From a virus, in the IMG/VR virus record IMGVR_UViG_3300029778_000002: DNA of 61,948 nucleotides. One strand, given 5' to 3'. Both the position numbers and the translations under genes were made by a program. Each line of letters starts with the position of its first letter. Position 1 is the stretch's first letter. Shown here in pieces: positions 8,884 to 16,165 of the stretch. The notes under the pieces are model-generated. The model was given only the letters and a program-made list of their open reading frames with translations. It ran no database searches and was not told the origin of the DNA.

Positions 8884-9870
8884 TCAGATCTTGTCGATGA
8901 TGGGCCCGTCACAGTTGAACCGCAGCATCACCGAGCGCTCCCCGCCGTTGATAAAGCTGTTCAGTGCCTCGTCGCCCTCGACGTAGTTGGTCACACCAAA
9001 ATCCACGTGGTTCTGTCGGGTCGGGTCGTTCGGGTCATAGATCCAGCCAACGATCTGCCCTTCCGGGGTCTTCATGGTCACACCGCCGTGCGTTCCGATG
9101 CTGCTCAGAACGTCGTTCAGGAACAGGTGCCCCTGGATGCGCAGCCGCTTGTTTGCCGCCTGCTCCATCAGGAAAAGGTAGTTGCGGTTCAGCTGGTTGT
9201 CAGCCTGCCAGGTGTCCACAGTCTCGTCAAAGATGCAGGTATAGGGGCTGGTGTGCTGCATGGCGATGTCCTTGTATTCCTTGATGGTCTCCTCCACGCC
9301 CTGCTCGTTGGTGCTCTTGCTCTCGAGCTCCACAGCCTTGATGTTGTGCTCCAGCTCCTCCTGCACACGGCTGCCAAAGCGGTCGGATACACGGCTCTTG
9401 TATTCCTCAAAGGCCTTGTCCAGAGCAATATAAGCCGCGGTAAGGCTCGCATTGCGCTTGGACATAATGTGGTGGGAACCGAACATGCAGCCCAGAGATA
9501 CTGCACCCAGGGTGACCGCAGGCGCATACACCTTTGCCAGCTTCAGGCCGGTCTGGACGTAAGTGGTCGTAATATCGCTCTTGTAATCCTTCTCGGTGTA
9601 GGTCTCGCCCTCGCTCAGCTGGACCGTGCCATCCTCGATCTGCTTCTTGGCCGTGTGGATGCTCTCAACCTGAGCATAGTGCTCGGTCAGAATATCCTGT
9701 GCCTTGATGGTCGCCTTGCAGGCCAGCACGGTAGCAGTCACACCACCAATGGCAGCGCCAACGATCATAATGGTGGGGCTTGCCTTCTTCAGCTTGTAGC
9801 CGCACTTGGATGCAGCACGGGTCATCGTTTCCACGATTTCGGTTTTGTCGATCTTTTTCAGGAACTTCAT
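8884..9870 (-). CDS. Membrane-anchored protein, paralog family member 1 (328 aa)
   Basis: Start at ATG 9870 (AAAGGAT-TGATATTT-ATG). It shares an N-terminal TM, an RNASLTAAY...YK..V block and a GW..D C-terminal region with 11003..11788 and 12310..13128. Confidence 0.65.
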   Translation of the reverse strand: MKFLKKIDKTEIVETMTRAASKCGYKLKKASPTIMIVGAAIGGVTATVLACKATIKAQDILTEHYAQVESIHTAKKQIEDGTVQLSEGETYTEKDYKSDITTTYVQTGLKLAKVYAPAVTLGAVSLGCMFGSHHIMSKRNASLTAAYIALDKAFEEYKSRVSDRFGSRVQEELEHNIKAVELESKSTNEQGVEETIKEYKDIAMQHTSPYTCIFDETVDTWQADNQLNRNYLFLMEQAANKRLRIQGHLFLNDVLSSIGTHGGVTMKTPEGQIVGWIYDPNDPTRQNHVDFGVTNYVEGDEALNSFINGGERSVMLRFNCDGPIIDKI

Positions 9871-9893
9871 AAATATCAATCCTTTCTTATTGT

Positions 9894-10511
9894 TCAGCGC
9901 AGCGGTACAGGGCGAGGCAGCATCAGGCGATATCCGCCCGGGATGCCCTTGATGAACGCCCCGTCAAGGTTGTACCAGCCGTAATTGTAATCGGTGCTCT
10001 CGTTGGAAACGCCCATCAGATCCCACAGGTCGCCCACAGAAACCTGACCGTACTGGCGAATCGCATCATACATCTGGGAAAGCGTGTCGTCTGCATCCCC
10101 GCGGAACTCAAAGTCCAGGTTCTGCAAGCTGCGTCCTACGGCCCGGTTCGGATTCCCCTGCCGGTTGCCGGAGCCTCCCTGATAGTAGGTGTCATAGCTG
10201 TTCCGCTGGGTGCGGGAGCCGGAGTAGTTGCTCGAAGAGCCGCGGGAACGGTCCTCGCCAAACAGTGCAATGCTGACCGCAGAGTTAAAAATACTCCACA
10301 GACCGTTCTTCAGCATGGGCAGCAGATAGTCCACCACGATGCGGTTCTTCACGGTCTTGAGGTCCTCGGCCAGGAACTCGTTGGCGATCTTCTGGATATC
10401 GTTCTGCTCCTTGAGGGTCACTTTTCCTTTAACGACCTTCTGGAACTTCTTCTGGGGCTCTGCGACAGGCTGCTGTCCGATGCTGCTCTTCGGCATGTTT
10501 ACTTGTGCCAT
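9894..10511 (-). CDS. Hypothetical protein (205 aa)
   Basis: AAAGGA SD. Has a Gly/Ser/Asn-rich central linker. No confident domain. Confidence 0.55.
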   Translation of the reverse strand: MAQVNMPKSSIGQQPVAEPQKKFQKVVKGKVTLKEQNDIQKIANEFLAEDLKTVKNRIVVDYLLPMLKNGLWSIFNSAVSIALFGEDRSRGSSSNYSGSRTQRNSYDTYYQGGSGNRQGNPNRAVGRSLQNLDFEFRGDADDTLSQMYDAIRQYGQVSVGDLWDLMGVSNESTDYNYGWYNLDGAFIKGIPGGYRLMLPRPVPLR

Positions 10512-10526
10512 GGTGTCATCCTTTCA

Positions 10527-10568
10527 AAAAACAAAAAAGTAAGAGCCGCAGATTTCTCCACGGCTCTC
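10527..10568 (-). terminator. Rho-independent terminator (conserved family)
   Basis: The minus strand reads GAGAGCCGTGGAGAAATCTGCGGCTCTTAC plus a T-run. G-U pairs extend the stem only in the minus-strand RNA. Confidence 0.7.
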
Positions 10569-10581
10569 GCCTTACCTAACA

Positions 10582-10914
10582 TTACTTCTCTTCAGAAGTT
10601 TCCTCAACGTCCTCGTCAGGAACGTCCACCTGTGCAGAATCGACATTCTCGATCTTCCAGGGCTTCTGCCAGACGATCTTCTTCTTGGACTTCGGCTTCT
10701 CCTCGTCCTTGCTCTGCTTCTTGGCCTTGTGCTTCCGGTACAGTCCGTATCCCACGGCTGCAACCAGACCCACAGCACCAACAGCGAGACCAATGCCCGA
10801 GCCGTTGCTCGAAGTTTCCTCGTTATCGATCATCTGAACATTCTCCTCCGGAACGACCTCAACAGAAGTCTCGTTCTCCATAGTAGTTTCGTTCATGTTC
10901 ATCATTTCATCCAT
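10582..10914 (-). CDS. Small single-pass membrane protein (110 aa)
   Basis: Start moved to ATG 10914 (AAGAAAGAGG SD). The track ATG at 10968 lies inside the promoter-like motif. TM helix GIGLAVGAVGLVAAVGYGL. Confidence 0.6.
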   Translation of the reverse strand: MDEMMNMNETTMENETSVEVVPEENVQMIDNEETSSNGSGIGLAVGAVGLVAAVGYGLYRKHKAKKQSKDEEKPKSKKKIVWQKPWKIENVDSAQVDVPDEDVEETSEEK

Positions 10915-10964
10915 TTTTGTTACCTCTTTCTTAAATATAAATTTATAATGTCGGAGTATTACCT

Positions 10965-10990
10965 CCATAAAGGAAGCTGAATTTTTCGCG
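10965..10990 (-). promoter_or_regulatory. 26-nt promoter-like motif, copy 1
   Basis: Minus strand CGCGAAAAATTCAGCTTCCTTTATGG, 51 nt upstream of ATG 10914. Confidence 0.6.
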
Positions 10991-11002
10991 CCGGGTCAAA
11001 TA

Positions 11003-11788
11003 TCAATAGCCGCCCAGCCACTTCGGAGGCGTGTGATACTCCAGCGTCAGGCAGGGCATTCCATCCTCGTCCAGCCGGGACGCATAGAAAATATCAACGT
11101 TAAGCCCCGAATCCGTGTCCCAACCCAGCAGGTCACCGTTGACGCAGTGGTCGATGCCCAGATAGTCGAACAGATCATTCTCGCTCACCCGGAAGTCACT
11201 GAGCAGCTGTTTGTTGACCCCATTGACGGCCTTTTCGATCATGGCCTTGGTCGTCCAGAAGTAGGTGTTGGTCAGGCTTTCCCAGCACTTCACCCGCTGG
11301 TCGTAGGAAACATCGGTTGTGGCAAGGTTCTTGGCAGGCTGGATGGTTGCCGGTTCGGGGCACTTGGCCATCTTTTCCAGTGCAATGGTCTCCCGGATCT
11401 CCTGTTCCTTCTCGGGGCCGATGGCCTCCAGCACCTTGTCCTGATAGGTCTTGAGCGCGCTCTCAGAAAGGGTGCACGCCGCGGCCAGTGCAGCATTCCG
11501 CCGCTCGTCCACATGGACTGCACCAATGACGCAGCCCGCAGACAGCACCATGCTCAGCGCAGTCGGCACGTACACCGGGCCCGCCGTCTTGACAATGGTC
11601 TTCACGTCCAGCTTTTCCACGCCCAGCTCCTGCTTTTTCTCGTCCAGCAGGATCATGGCCTTGGGGGTGGCCGTCACAGCGAAATAGACCGCCGTGATGC
11701 TTCCCGTGATCGCCAGACCACCCAGGATCTTGGATGCGTTCTTTCCTGCGCTCCTGCGCACTGCCTTTGCAAATGTTTTCAGGTTCAT
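11003..11788 (-). CDS. Membrane-anchored protein, paralog family member 2 (261 aa)
   Basis: GGAGGT SD. N-terminal TM, an RRNAALAAACTLSESALKTYQDKV block and a GWDTDSGLNVD C-terminal region. Confidence 0.65.
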   Translation of the reverse strand: MNLKTFAKAVRRSAGKNASKILGGLAITGSITAVYFAVTATPKAMILLDEKKQELGVEKLDVKTIVKTAGPVYVPTALSMVLSAGCVIGAVHVDERRNAALAAACTLSESALKTYQDKVLEAIGPEKEQEIRETIALEKMAKCPEPATIQPAKNLATTDVSYDQRVKCWESLTNTYFWTTKAMIEKAVNGVNKQLLSDFRVSENDLFDYLGIDHCVNGDLLGWDTDSGLNVDIFYASRLDEDGMPCLTLEYHTPPKWLGGY

Positions 11789-11804
11789 CTTCGTACCTCC
11801 AAAA

Positions 11805-11844
11805 ATTTATAAAAAGAAAGAGCCTACGATTTCTCGTAAGCTCT
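11805..11844 (-). terminator. Rho-independent terminator (conserved family)
   Basis: Minus strand GAGCTTACGAGAAATCGTAGGCTC followed by TTTCTTTTTAT. Confidence 0.7.
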
Positions 11845-11850
11845 CGCCTT

Positions 11851-12075
11851 TCAGATATGTCCGTGCTGCTTCAAATTCTCGAAGCGAATTTCTGTTTCAC
11901 GCTGATCATCGCGCTCCAGTTGGATCTGGTAACGGATATACTCGTACAGTCTGGTCGGCTGCTTCTTCAGATAGTGATACAGCCCTGTAAAGCCGTATCC
12001 CACTGAACGTGCAACTGCCTTCAGTACGCGTACCATTGCCTTGTCCATCTTTGCATAATAGTCGTGATCGTACAT
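11851..12075 (-). CDS. Hypothetical small protein (74 aa)
   Basis: Start at ATG 12075 in the context AAAGGAGAT-TGATATTT-ATG. Confidence 0.55.
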   Translation of the reverse strand: MYDHDYYAKMDKAMVRVLKAVARSVGYGFTGLYHYLKKQPTRLYEYIRYQIQLERDDQRETEIRFENLKQHGHI

Positions 12076-12115
12076 AAATATCAATCTCCTTTGTTTGTCA
12101 GTTTGGATATCTCTT

Positions 12116-12141
12116 CCATAAGGGAGACTGTATTTTTCGCG
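12116..12141 (-). promoter_or_regulatory. 26-nt promoter-like motif, copy 2
   Basis: Minus strand CGCGAAAAATACAGTCTCCCTTATGG, 41 nt upstream of ATG 12075. Confidence 0.6.
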
Positions 12142-12142
12142 T

Positions 12143-12307
12143 TTACCGGTTCTTTTCTGCAAGCTGGCGCTGAACTTCCTCTCGCACCATGTCCTGCATT
12201 TCCTCTTCGCTGCGCTGCTCCTCGATCAGGTCATGGCCAAAGCTCAGGATTGCGCTTGCAGCCATCATGGCCACGGATGCAACTTTCCACCAATTGATCT
12301 TCTTCAT
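12143..12307 (-). CDS. Small membrane protein (54 aa, not in ORF track)
   Basis: GGAGA SD 6 nt before ATG 12307. Encodes MKKINWWKVASVAMMAASAILSF... and stops 1 nt before motif copy 2. Confidence 0.4.
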   Translation of the reverse strand: MKKINWWKVASVAMMAASAILSFGHDLIEEQRSEEEMQDMVREEVQRQLAEKNR

Positions 12308-12309
12308 AT

Positions 12310-13128
12310 TCATTCTCCTTTTTTCTCGCAGTAATCCGCATAGGGATCGTAGTTGATATAATTCTCGATGGGTGGCTGGAAAGCATCCACGTAGTAGACT
12401 TCAAGGCCGTCGTCTGTTGTCTGCTTGTAATACCGGAAGTCGATCCAATAATATTCCCATTCATTTGCCAGATAATCCGCCGACCAACCAGTTGTGTCCC
12501 CTTCCGGCAGATAATCCAGTCCGAGGTAATTATAAAGGTTGTTCATGGATGCCTCGCCATCCAGAGCAAAATCGCGGTTCATATGGTAGAATGCATCTGT
12601 CAATTCCACCTCTGTAGCATGGAAATATCTTTTTGAGATAGGCTCGTAGCAGAGTAGTTTTTCCTCTGCCATCTTGTCACGAACTTCAGGCAGCTTTTCT
12701 TCGCTGATCTGCTCCTGAATTTCTGCTTCTTTTTCCAGCCCGATGTTCTCAATCACCTTCTGCCGGTAGGTCTGATAGGTCTTTCCCAGTGCCATGTACG
12801 CCGCGGTCAGACTCGCGATCTGCTTTTTGTTCAGCGCGTTGGAGCCCAGGATGCAGGCAATGGTACCGCCGCCAAGAATCGCAGCCGGAACGTATGCTTT
12901 CCAGCACATCAGAACAATTTGTTTCTTTGTCGGAGGCCCTTCTGTCACGCCGAACTCGTCTTCGTTGAACTTTGTCAGCTCCTTGTCAACTTCAAGTATG
13001 TGCTTTGCCTTCGTGGTTGCCCGCCCGGTTTCAATGGCCGTTGCTACCACGCCTACAGATGCCGCCACCGCCAGAATGGTTCCGCCGTGTTTGCGCAAGA
13101 ATTTCGCGCATGTTTTCGTCAGTTTCAT
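12310..13128 (-). CDS. Membrane-anchored protein, paralog family member 3 (272 aa)
   Basis: GGAGGT SD. N-terminal TM, an NKKQIASLTAAYMALGKTYQTYRQKV block and a GWSADY C-terminal region. Confidence 0.65.
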   Translation of the reverse strand: MKLTKTCAKFLRKHGGTILAVAASVGVVATAIETGRATTKAKHILEVDKELTKFNEDEFGVTEGPPTKKQIVLMCWKAYVPAAILGGGTIACILGSNALNKKQIASLTAAYMALGKTYQTYRQKVIENIGLEKEAEIQEQISEEKLPEVRDKMAEEKLLCYEPISKRYFHATEVELTDAFYHMNRDFALDGEASMNNLYNYLGLDYLPEGDTTGWSADYLANEWEYYWIDFRYYKQTTDDGLEVYYVDAFQPPIENYINYDPYADYCEKKGE

Positions 13129-13146
13129 TGTTCAACCTCCATTTTG

Positions 13147-13181
13147 AAAAATAAAAGAGCCCACGATTTCTCGTAAGCTCT
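13147..13181 (-). terminator. Rho-independent terminator (conserved family)
   Basis: Minus strand GAGAGCTTACGAGAAATCGTGGGCTCTTTTATTTTT. Confidence 0.7.
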
Positions 13182-13189
13182 CGATTTGG

Positions 13190-13417
13190 TTAGCGCTTCA
13201 AATACTTTTCAGCCTGCTTCGTTCTCAGGAATTCATACAGCTTCCGTTCCCAATCCGGACTCTGGTCCTTCATAGCGTTATCGAGCGCATCTGCCGCCAA
13301 ATCTTCATTGCGCATCATAAGTTGTCTCCACATGATAGCAACGGAGTCAACGCAGAACAATTCGGTAATGCCATAAAACGCCACTGCGCCAAAAGCAACT
13401 TTCACCAATGTCTTCAT
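13190..13417 (-). CDS. Small membrane protein (75 aa)
   Basis: Start moved to ATG 13417 (GGAGGT SD). TM helix LVKVAFGAVAFYGITELF. Confidence 0.55.
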   Translation of the reverse strand: MKTLVKVAFGAVAFYGITELFCVDSVAIMWRQLMMRNEDLAADALDNAMKDQSPDWERKLYEFLRTKQAEKYLKR

Positions 13418-13457
13418 AATTTCGTACCTCCAAAATATAATTCTGAGACTAACCATC

Positions 13458-13483
13458 TCATAAAGCACCATGAAAATTTCGCG
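13458..13483 (-). promoter_or_regulatory. 26-nt promoter-like motif, copy 3
   Basis: Minus strand CGCGAAATTTTCATGGTGCTTTATGA, 41 nt upstream of ATG 13417. Followed by a conserved 5' leader shared with copies 13 and 14. Confidence 0.6.
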
Positions 13484-13708
13484 TCAGATCACATCAACCT
13501 TTTTGAGAATATCCATCAGCTGCGCCTTGGTCATCTCTGCATCCACTACAAGATGGATCTTCAACTTCTGCTCTTTTTCGCTCCAGTTCGCCTGAACCTC
13601 GCCCAGCTGTACCTCTGTACCGGGTAACTGCTTTTTCAGTATCTTATTGATGACCTGCGAGATGATGCGGCGCAGAAAACTTGACCGGATCAGCATAATG
13701 TCCTCCAT
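13484..13708 (-). CDS. Hypothetical small protein (74 aa)
   Basis: GGAGGT SD 9 nt before ATG 13708. Lies directly downstream of the tRNA-like gene. Confidence 0.5.
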   Translation of the reverse strand: MEDIMLIRSSFLRRIISQVINKILKKQLPGTEVQLGEVQANWSEKEQKLKIHLVVDAEMTKAQLMDILKKVDVI

Positions 13709-13738
13709 AATCGTTCAACCTCCAAAAATAAAAATGAA

Positions 13739-13808
13739 AAAAGAGAATGGGCCTCGAACCCATAACCTCCACAATGAAGTGGCGCTCTACCATTTGAGCT
13801 ATCTCCTC
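13739..13808 (-). tRNA. tRNA-like gene with a non-canonical anticodon arm (identity undetermined)
   Basis: Minus strand GAGGAGA-TA-GCTC-AAATGGTA-GAGC-G-CCAC-TTCATT-GTGG-AGGTT-ATGGG-TTCGAGG-CCCAT-TCTCTTT. The acceptor, D and T arms are standard. The anticodon stem closes a 6-nt loop (8 nt if the last pair opens). Confidence 0.5.
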
Positions 13809-13833
13809 CATAAGGGAACATGAATTTTTCGCG
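13808..13833 (-). promoter_or_regulatory. 26-nt promoter-like motif, copy 4 (drives the tRNA-like gene)
   Basis: Minus strand CGCGAAAAATTCATGTTCCCTTATGG. Its last G is nucleotide 1 of the tRNA-like acceptor stem. Confidence 0.6.
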
Positions 13834-13864
13834 GTTTGATAAAAAGATAAGAGGGCGTGATCTT

Positions 13865-14050
13865 TCAGATTTCGTCCTCTTCCAGATTGCTCTCTTCGTC
13901 TTTTGTATCAACCCAATTGTTCAGTTTGCTCATCTGATAATACGCCCATCCGCACAATGCCAAGCTAATGCTCGCACATACGGTGCAGTATTTGAAATAA
14001 GCCCCATAAGTAATAGGTTTGTTCATAAAGTTCTTAATAGCTTTCATCAT
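13865..14050 (-). CDS. Small membrane protein (61 aa)
   Basis: Start moved to ATG 14050 (AAAGGAGA SD). TM helix CASISLALCGWAYY. Confidence 0.5.
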   Translation of the reverse strand: MMKAIKNFMNKPITYGAYFKYCTVCASISLALCGWAYYQMSKLNNWVDTKDEESNLEEDEI

Positions 14051-14085
14051 AGTAATTTCTCCTTTCAATGCAAGCCCTCTTACCT

Positions 14086-14111
14086 CCATAATAGAAGCTG
14101 TATTTTTCGCG
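14086..14111 (-). promoter_or_regulatory. 26-nt promoter-like motif, copy 5
   Basis: Minus strand CGCGAAAAATACAGCTTCTATTATGG, 36 nt upstream of ATG 14050 and 1 nt after the preceding terminator. Confidence 0.6.
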
Positions 14112-14112
14112 C

Positions 14113-14149
14113 CGAAAAAGAAAGAGCCCACGCTTTCGCATCAGCTCTT
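14113..14149 (-). terminator. Rho-independent terminator
   Basis: Minus strand GAGCTGATGCGAAAGCGTGGGCTC followed by TTTCTTTTT. Confidence 0.65.
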
Positions 14150-14199
14150 CTCCGGGACGGCCCAACTCAAGTTGTGTTCAACCGGTCTATCGTCAATTA

Positions 14200-14337
14200 T
14201 CAGTCTTTCGACGGCCGGAATGCACGACACAACAGCCATACAATAACGGTTACAATCGCCATTGCAACTGCTGTCATGATCATCTGCCCAACCGTAATCG
14301 AATAATTCCAAATTTTCTTAAAAATAGATTCGTTCAT
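14200..14337 (-). CDS. Small membrane protein (45 aa, not in ORF track)
   Basis: AAAGGAGAATGTAAT-ATG at 14337. Encodes MNESIFKKIWNYSITVGQMIMTAVAMAIVTVIVWLLCRAFRPSKD. Confidence 0.4.
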   Translation of the reverse strand: MNESIFKKIWNYSITVGQMIMTAVAMAIVTVIVWLLCRAFRPSKD

Positions 14338-14367
14338 ATTACATTCTCCTTTTCTTGGGCCTTTGTC

Positions 14368-14393
14368 CCATAAAGCACGGAGAATTTTTCGCG
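14368..14393 (-). promoter_or_regulatory. 26-nt promoter-like motif, copy 6
   Basis: Minus strand CGCGAAAAATTCTCCGTGCTTTATGG, 31 nt upstream of ATG 14337. Confidence 0.6.
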
Positions 14394-14394
14394 C

Positions 14395-14757
14395 CTAGAT
14401 CAAACTCCGGTCAAACACGGTCTCCCAGCGTTCTTTCTTGAGGGGCTTCATGCGCAGTGCCCACATGATCTGTCGTACGGTCACAGTCGGGTACTCGCCC
14501 TTTGCGTTTTTCTTCTTGGCGTGACTGTCAAAATACTGCCGGAACCCTTCATGCAGATAGATCTTGTCGGTCAACCATGGGTCAATGGCGCTCCAGTAAG
14601 TAGCCTTGGTTTTCTCGTTGTAACGCTGCTGGATCACGCACAGGCCTTTCCCCTGTTCCCGGTAGAGCGTGCAGACACGGTACACCGGGTGATTGCACCG
14701 GTAAACGCTCCCGTAGTAGCTCGTCCACTCTTTTGGCGGTATGTCGTGATATCTCAT
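14395..14757 (-). CDS. Hypothetical protein (120 aa)
   Basis: Clean ORF from ATG 14757 (MRYHDIPPKEW...). It has no SD and no motif copy because it follows a terminator directly, so the start is uncertain. Confidence 0.45.
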   Translation of the reverse strand: MRYHDIPPKEWTSYYGSVYRCNHPVYRVCTLYREQGKGLCVIQQRYNEKTKATYWSAIDPWLTDKIYLHEGFRQYFDSHAKKKNAKGEYPTVTVRQIMWALRMKPLKKERWETVFDRSLI

Positions 14758-14800
14758 AAAAAATAAAGAGAGCCCGCAGCTTTCGCCACGAACCCTCTCG
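14758..14800 (-). terminator. Rho-independent terminator
   Basis: Minus strand GAGGGTTCGTGGCGAAAGCTGCGGGCTCTC followed by TTTATTTTTT. Confidence 0.6.
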
Positions 14801-14809
14801 GTTCCTCCT

Positions 14810-15214
14810 TTACTTTCTGTCCGTAAAGCCTCTTTTGATCTCATGGAGACCATCGTTCATTGCTCTGGAAAGCGGCGCTACACCGCCAGCCTCGCAGATC
14901 GACCAGTATACCGTCGTACCAATCGTTCCCAAAAACGTCAGGCAGCTGATGCCAAACTTCGCCCACTCAATGCGCCGTGCCTTCGCAGCCTTCTCCTGAT
15001 CGTTGATGACCTCCTGGCCCTTCCGCCGTTCCTCATCCTCTTTCAGGTTCTGGTTGCTCTCCTGCTCGTCGCTCTTGAGCTGCATGTCGTACAGCTGCAA
15101 TGCCATCTTCGCCGTGTTCGTGTACTCGTCCGTACCCGGTTTCAAGTCCTTGAGACTCTCCAGCGATTGCTTTGCCGCTTCCTTCAGCAATTCTTTGTTT
15201 TCGTAGTTTTCCAT
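14810..15214 (-). CDS. C-terminally membrane-anchored coiled-coil protein (134 aa)
   Basis: Start moved to ATG 15214 (AAAGGAGAAAATCAAA-ATG). Charged helical N-terminus with a hydrophobic tail. Confidence 0.55.
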   Translation of the reverse strand: MENYENKELLKEAAKQSLESLKDLKPGTDEYTNTAKMALQLYDMQLKSDEQESNQNLKEDEERRKGQEVINDQEKAAKARRIEWAKFGISCLTFLGTIGTTVYWSICEAGGVAPLSRAMNDGLHEIKRGFTDRK

Positions 15215-15251
15215 TTTGATTTTCTCCTTTACAAAGTAATTAGAGTTTCCT

Positions 15252-15277
15252 CCATTAAGCACCATGTTTTTCTCGCG
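15252..15277 (-). promoter_or_regulatory. 26-nt promoter-like motif, copy 7
   Basis: Minus strand CGCGAGAAAAACATGGTGCTTAATGG, 38 nt upstream of ATG 15214. It overlaps the 3' end of the upstream ORF. Confidence 0.55.
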
Positions 15278-15509
15278 TCAGGTCCAGTTTGTGCACCCGC
15301 AGCATGATGTACTTGTCGCCTTCAAAATTCTTCACCTCCTCATCCAGGCTCAGGCTCAGGTAGGGCCAGTCGGGGGAATCTTCCTCGCCGATCAGCAGCT
15401 CGCCCACTTCGTAAATATCACGGTAATGGAACCAGCGGTAGAGCGCCATCCCGAAGAGCAGCCCCAGAACGATGGCAACGAATAACACAGCATAGTAGAT
15501 GTACAGCAT
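15255..15509 (-). CDS. Small membrane protein (84 aa)
   Basis: AAAGGAGA SD. TM helix YYAVLFVAIVLGLLFGMALY. Confidence 0.55.
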   Translation of the reverse strand: MLYIYYAVLFVAIVLGLLFGMALYRWFHYRDIYEVGELLIGEEDSPDWPYLSLSLDEEVKNFEGDKYIMLRVHKLDLTREKHGA

Positions 15510-15561
15510 TTTGAAAATCTCCTTTTAATAATGTAGTGGATAAAACGGTCTTCTGCGTGAT

Positions 15562-15599
15562 GAAAAAATAAAAGAGCCTACGATTTCTCGTAAGCTCTC
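15562..15599 (-). terminator. Rho-independent terminator (conserved family)
   Basis: Minus strand GAGAGCTTACGAGAAATCGTAGGCTCTTTTATTTTTT. Confidence 0.7.
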
Positions 15600-15605
15600 T
15601 ACGCC

Positions 15606-15839
15606 TTAGATGTCGTTGCGAATCAGAAACAGGTCATTTCTGCTTCGAGTTGCTCTCACAATTCCTCCTGCCCGGATCAATGTAATTGCATTTACATAAG
15701 CCGCGCGTGCATTTTTTGCATCCTTGTATTCGTCCGTATTCACAAACATCACTTTCTGGTTGCTTTCGATAAACACCCGCACCTTATCCATTGCATTCAC
15801 ATAGCCCCGGTCAAAGTTCGTCTTTACTCGATAGTTCAT
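15606..15839 (-). CDS. Hypothetical small protein (77 aa)
   Basis: AAAGGAGA SD before ATG 15839. Confidence 0.55.
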   Translation of the reverse strand: MNYRVKTNFDRGYVNAMDKVRVFIESNQKVMFVNTDEYKDAKNARAAYVNAITLIRAGGIVRATRSRNDLFLIRNDI

Positions 15840-15879
15840 AAATAATAATCTCCTTTATTCATATTCGGAAGACATCCTT

Positions 15880-15905
15880 CCATAAAGCACGGGGAAAATT
15901 TCGCG
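15880..15905 (-). promoter_or_regulatory. 26-nt promoter-like motif, copy 8
   Basis: Minus strand CGCGAAATTTTCCCCGTGCTTTATGG, 41 nt upstream of ATG 15839. Confidence 0.6.
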
Positions 15906-15932
15906 TTGCTTCGTTACGGCCTATTCTAAAAT

Positions 15933-15972
15933 AGAAAAAAGAAAAGAGCGCATGTTTCCATACGCCCGTTTT
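15933..15972 (-). terminator. Rho-independent terminator
   Basis: Minus strand GGGCGTATGGAAACATGCGCTC followed by TTTTCTTTTTT. Confidence 0.6.
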
Positions 15973-15986
15973 CCGGTCAGAATCCA

Positions 15987-16133
15987 TCAGCGGATACCAC
16001 ACCGAACATCATTCAGCATGAGGAGTTCTTCGCCCTCATTCCAGCCTGCATACTTGTCGCTATACGACTCGTTAAATGCGGCCATAATAGAGTTCATCAT
16101 TTCCTCAAAGCCCTTCACAATATTCTTCAGCAT
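15987..16133 (-). CDS. Small acidic protein (48 aa, not in ORF track)
   Basis: TAGGAGGT SD before ATG 16133. Encodes MLKNIVKGFEEMMNSIMAAFNESYSDKYAGWNEGEELLMLNDVRCGIR. Confidence 0.4.
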   Translation of the reverse strand: MLKNIVKGFEEMMNSIMAAFNESYSDKYAGWNEGEELLMLNDVRCGIR

Positions 16134-16165
16134 AGTAAATACCTCCTAAAATTGTTTATTTCTTT

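Noticed and set aside
8884-9879. N-terminal extensions such as MIFM..., RRLIFM... and MQIKM... in the ORF track (also 329..565, 1896..2468, 11851..12162, 59624..60535, 36092..37885, 41918..43669)
   Set aside because: These come from GTG/TTG codons inside the conserved SD-to-start spacer (TGATATTT or TTGAAA). The SD geometry supports the downstream ATG/GTG, so the starts were trimmed.
10965-10990. Reading the 26-nt motif as an ordinary sigma-70/sigma-A promoter
   Set aside because: With TTTATG or TATGGA as the -10, the 17-nt upstream position does not coincide with the conserved CGCGA block. There is no TTGACA-like hexamer, and copy 4 ends 0-1 nt from a mature tRNA-like 5' end. I kept it as a phage-specific promoter class instead.
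13739-13808. Suppressor tRNA implying stop-codon reassignment of the phage
   Set aside because: All large genes (2293-aa tape measure, 1334-aa replicase, 924-aa RNAP candidate, terL, portal) are uninterrupted under the standard code, so genome-wide recoding is not needed. The odd anticodon loop is reported only as an open question.
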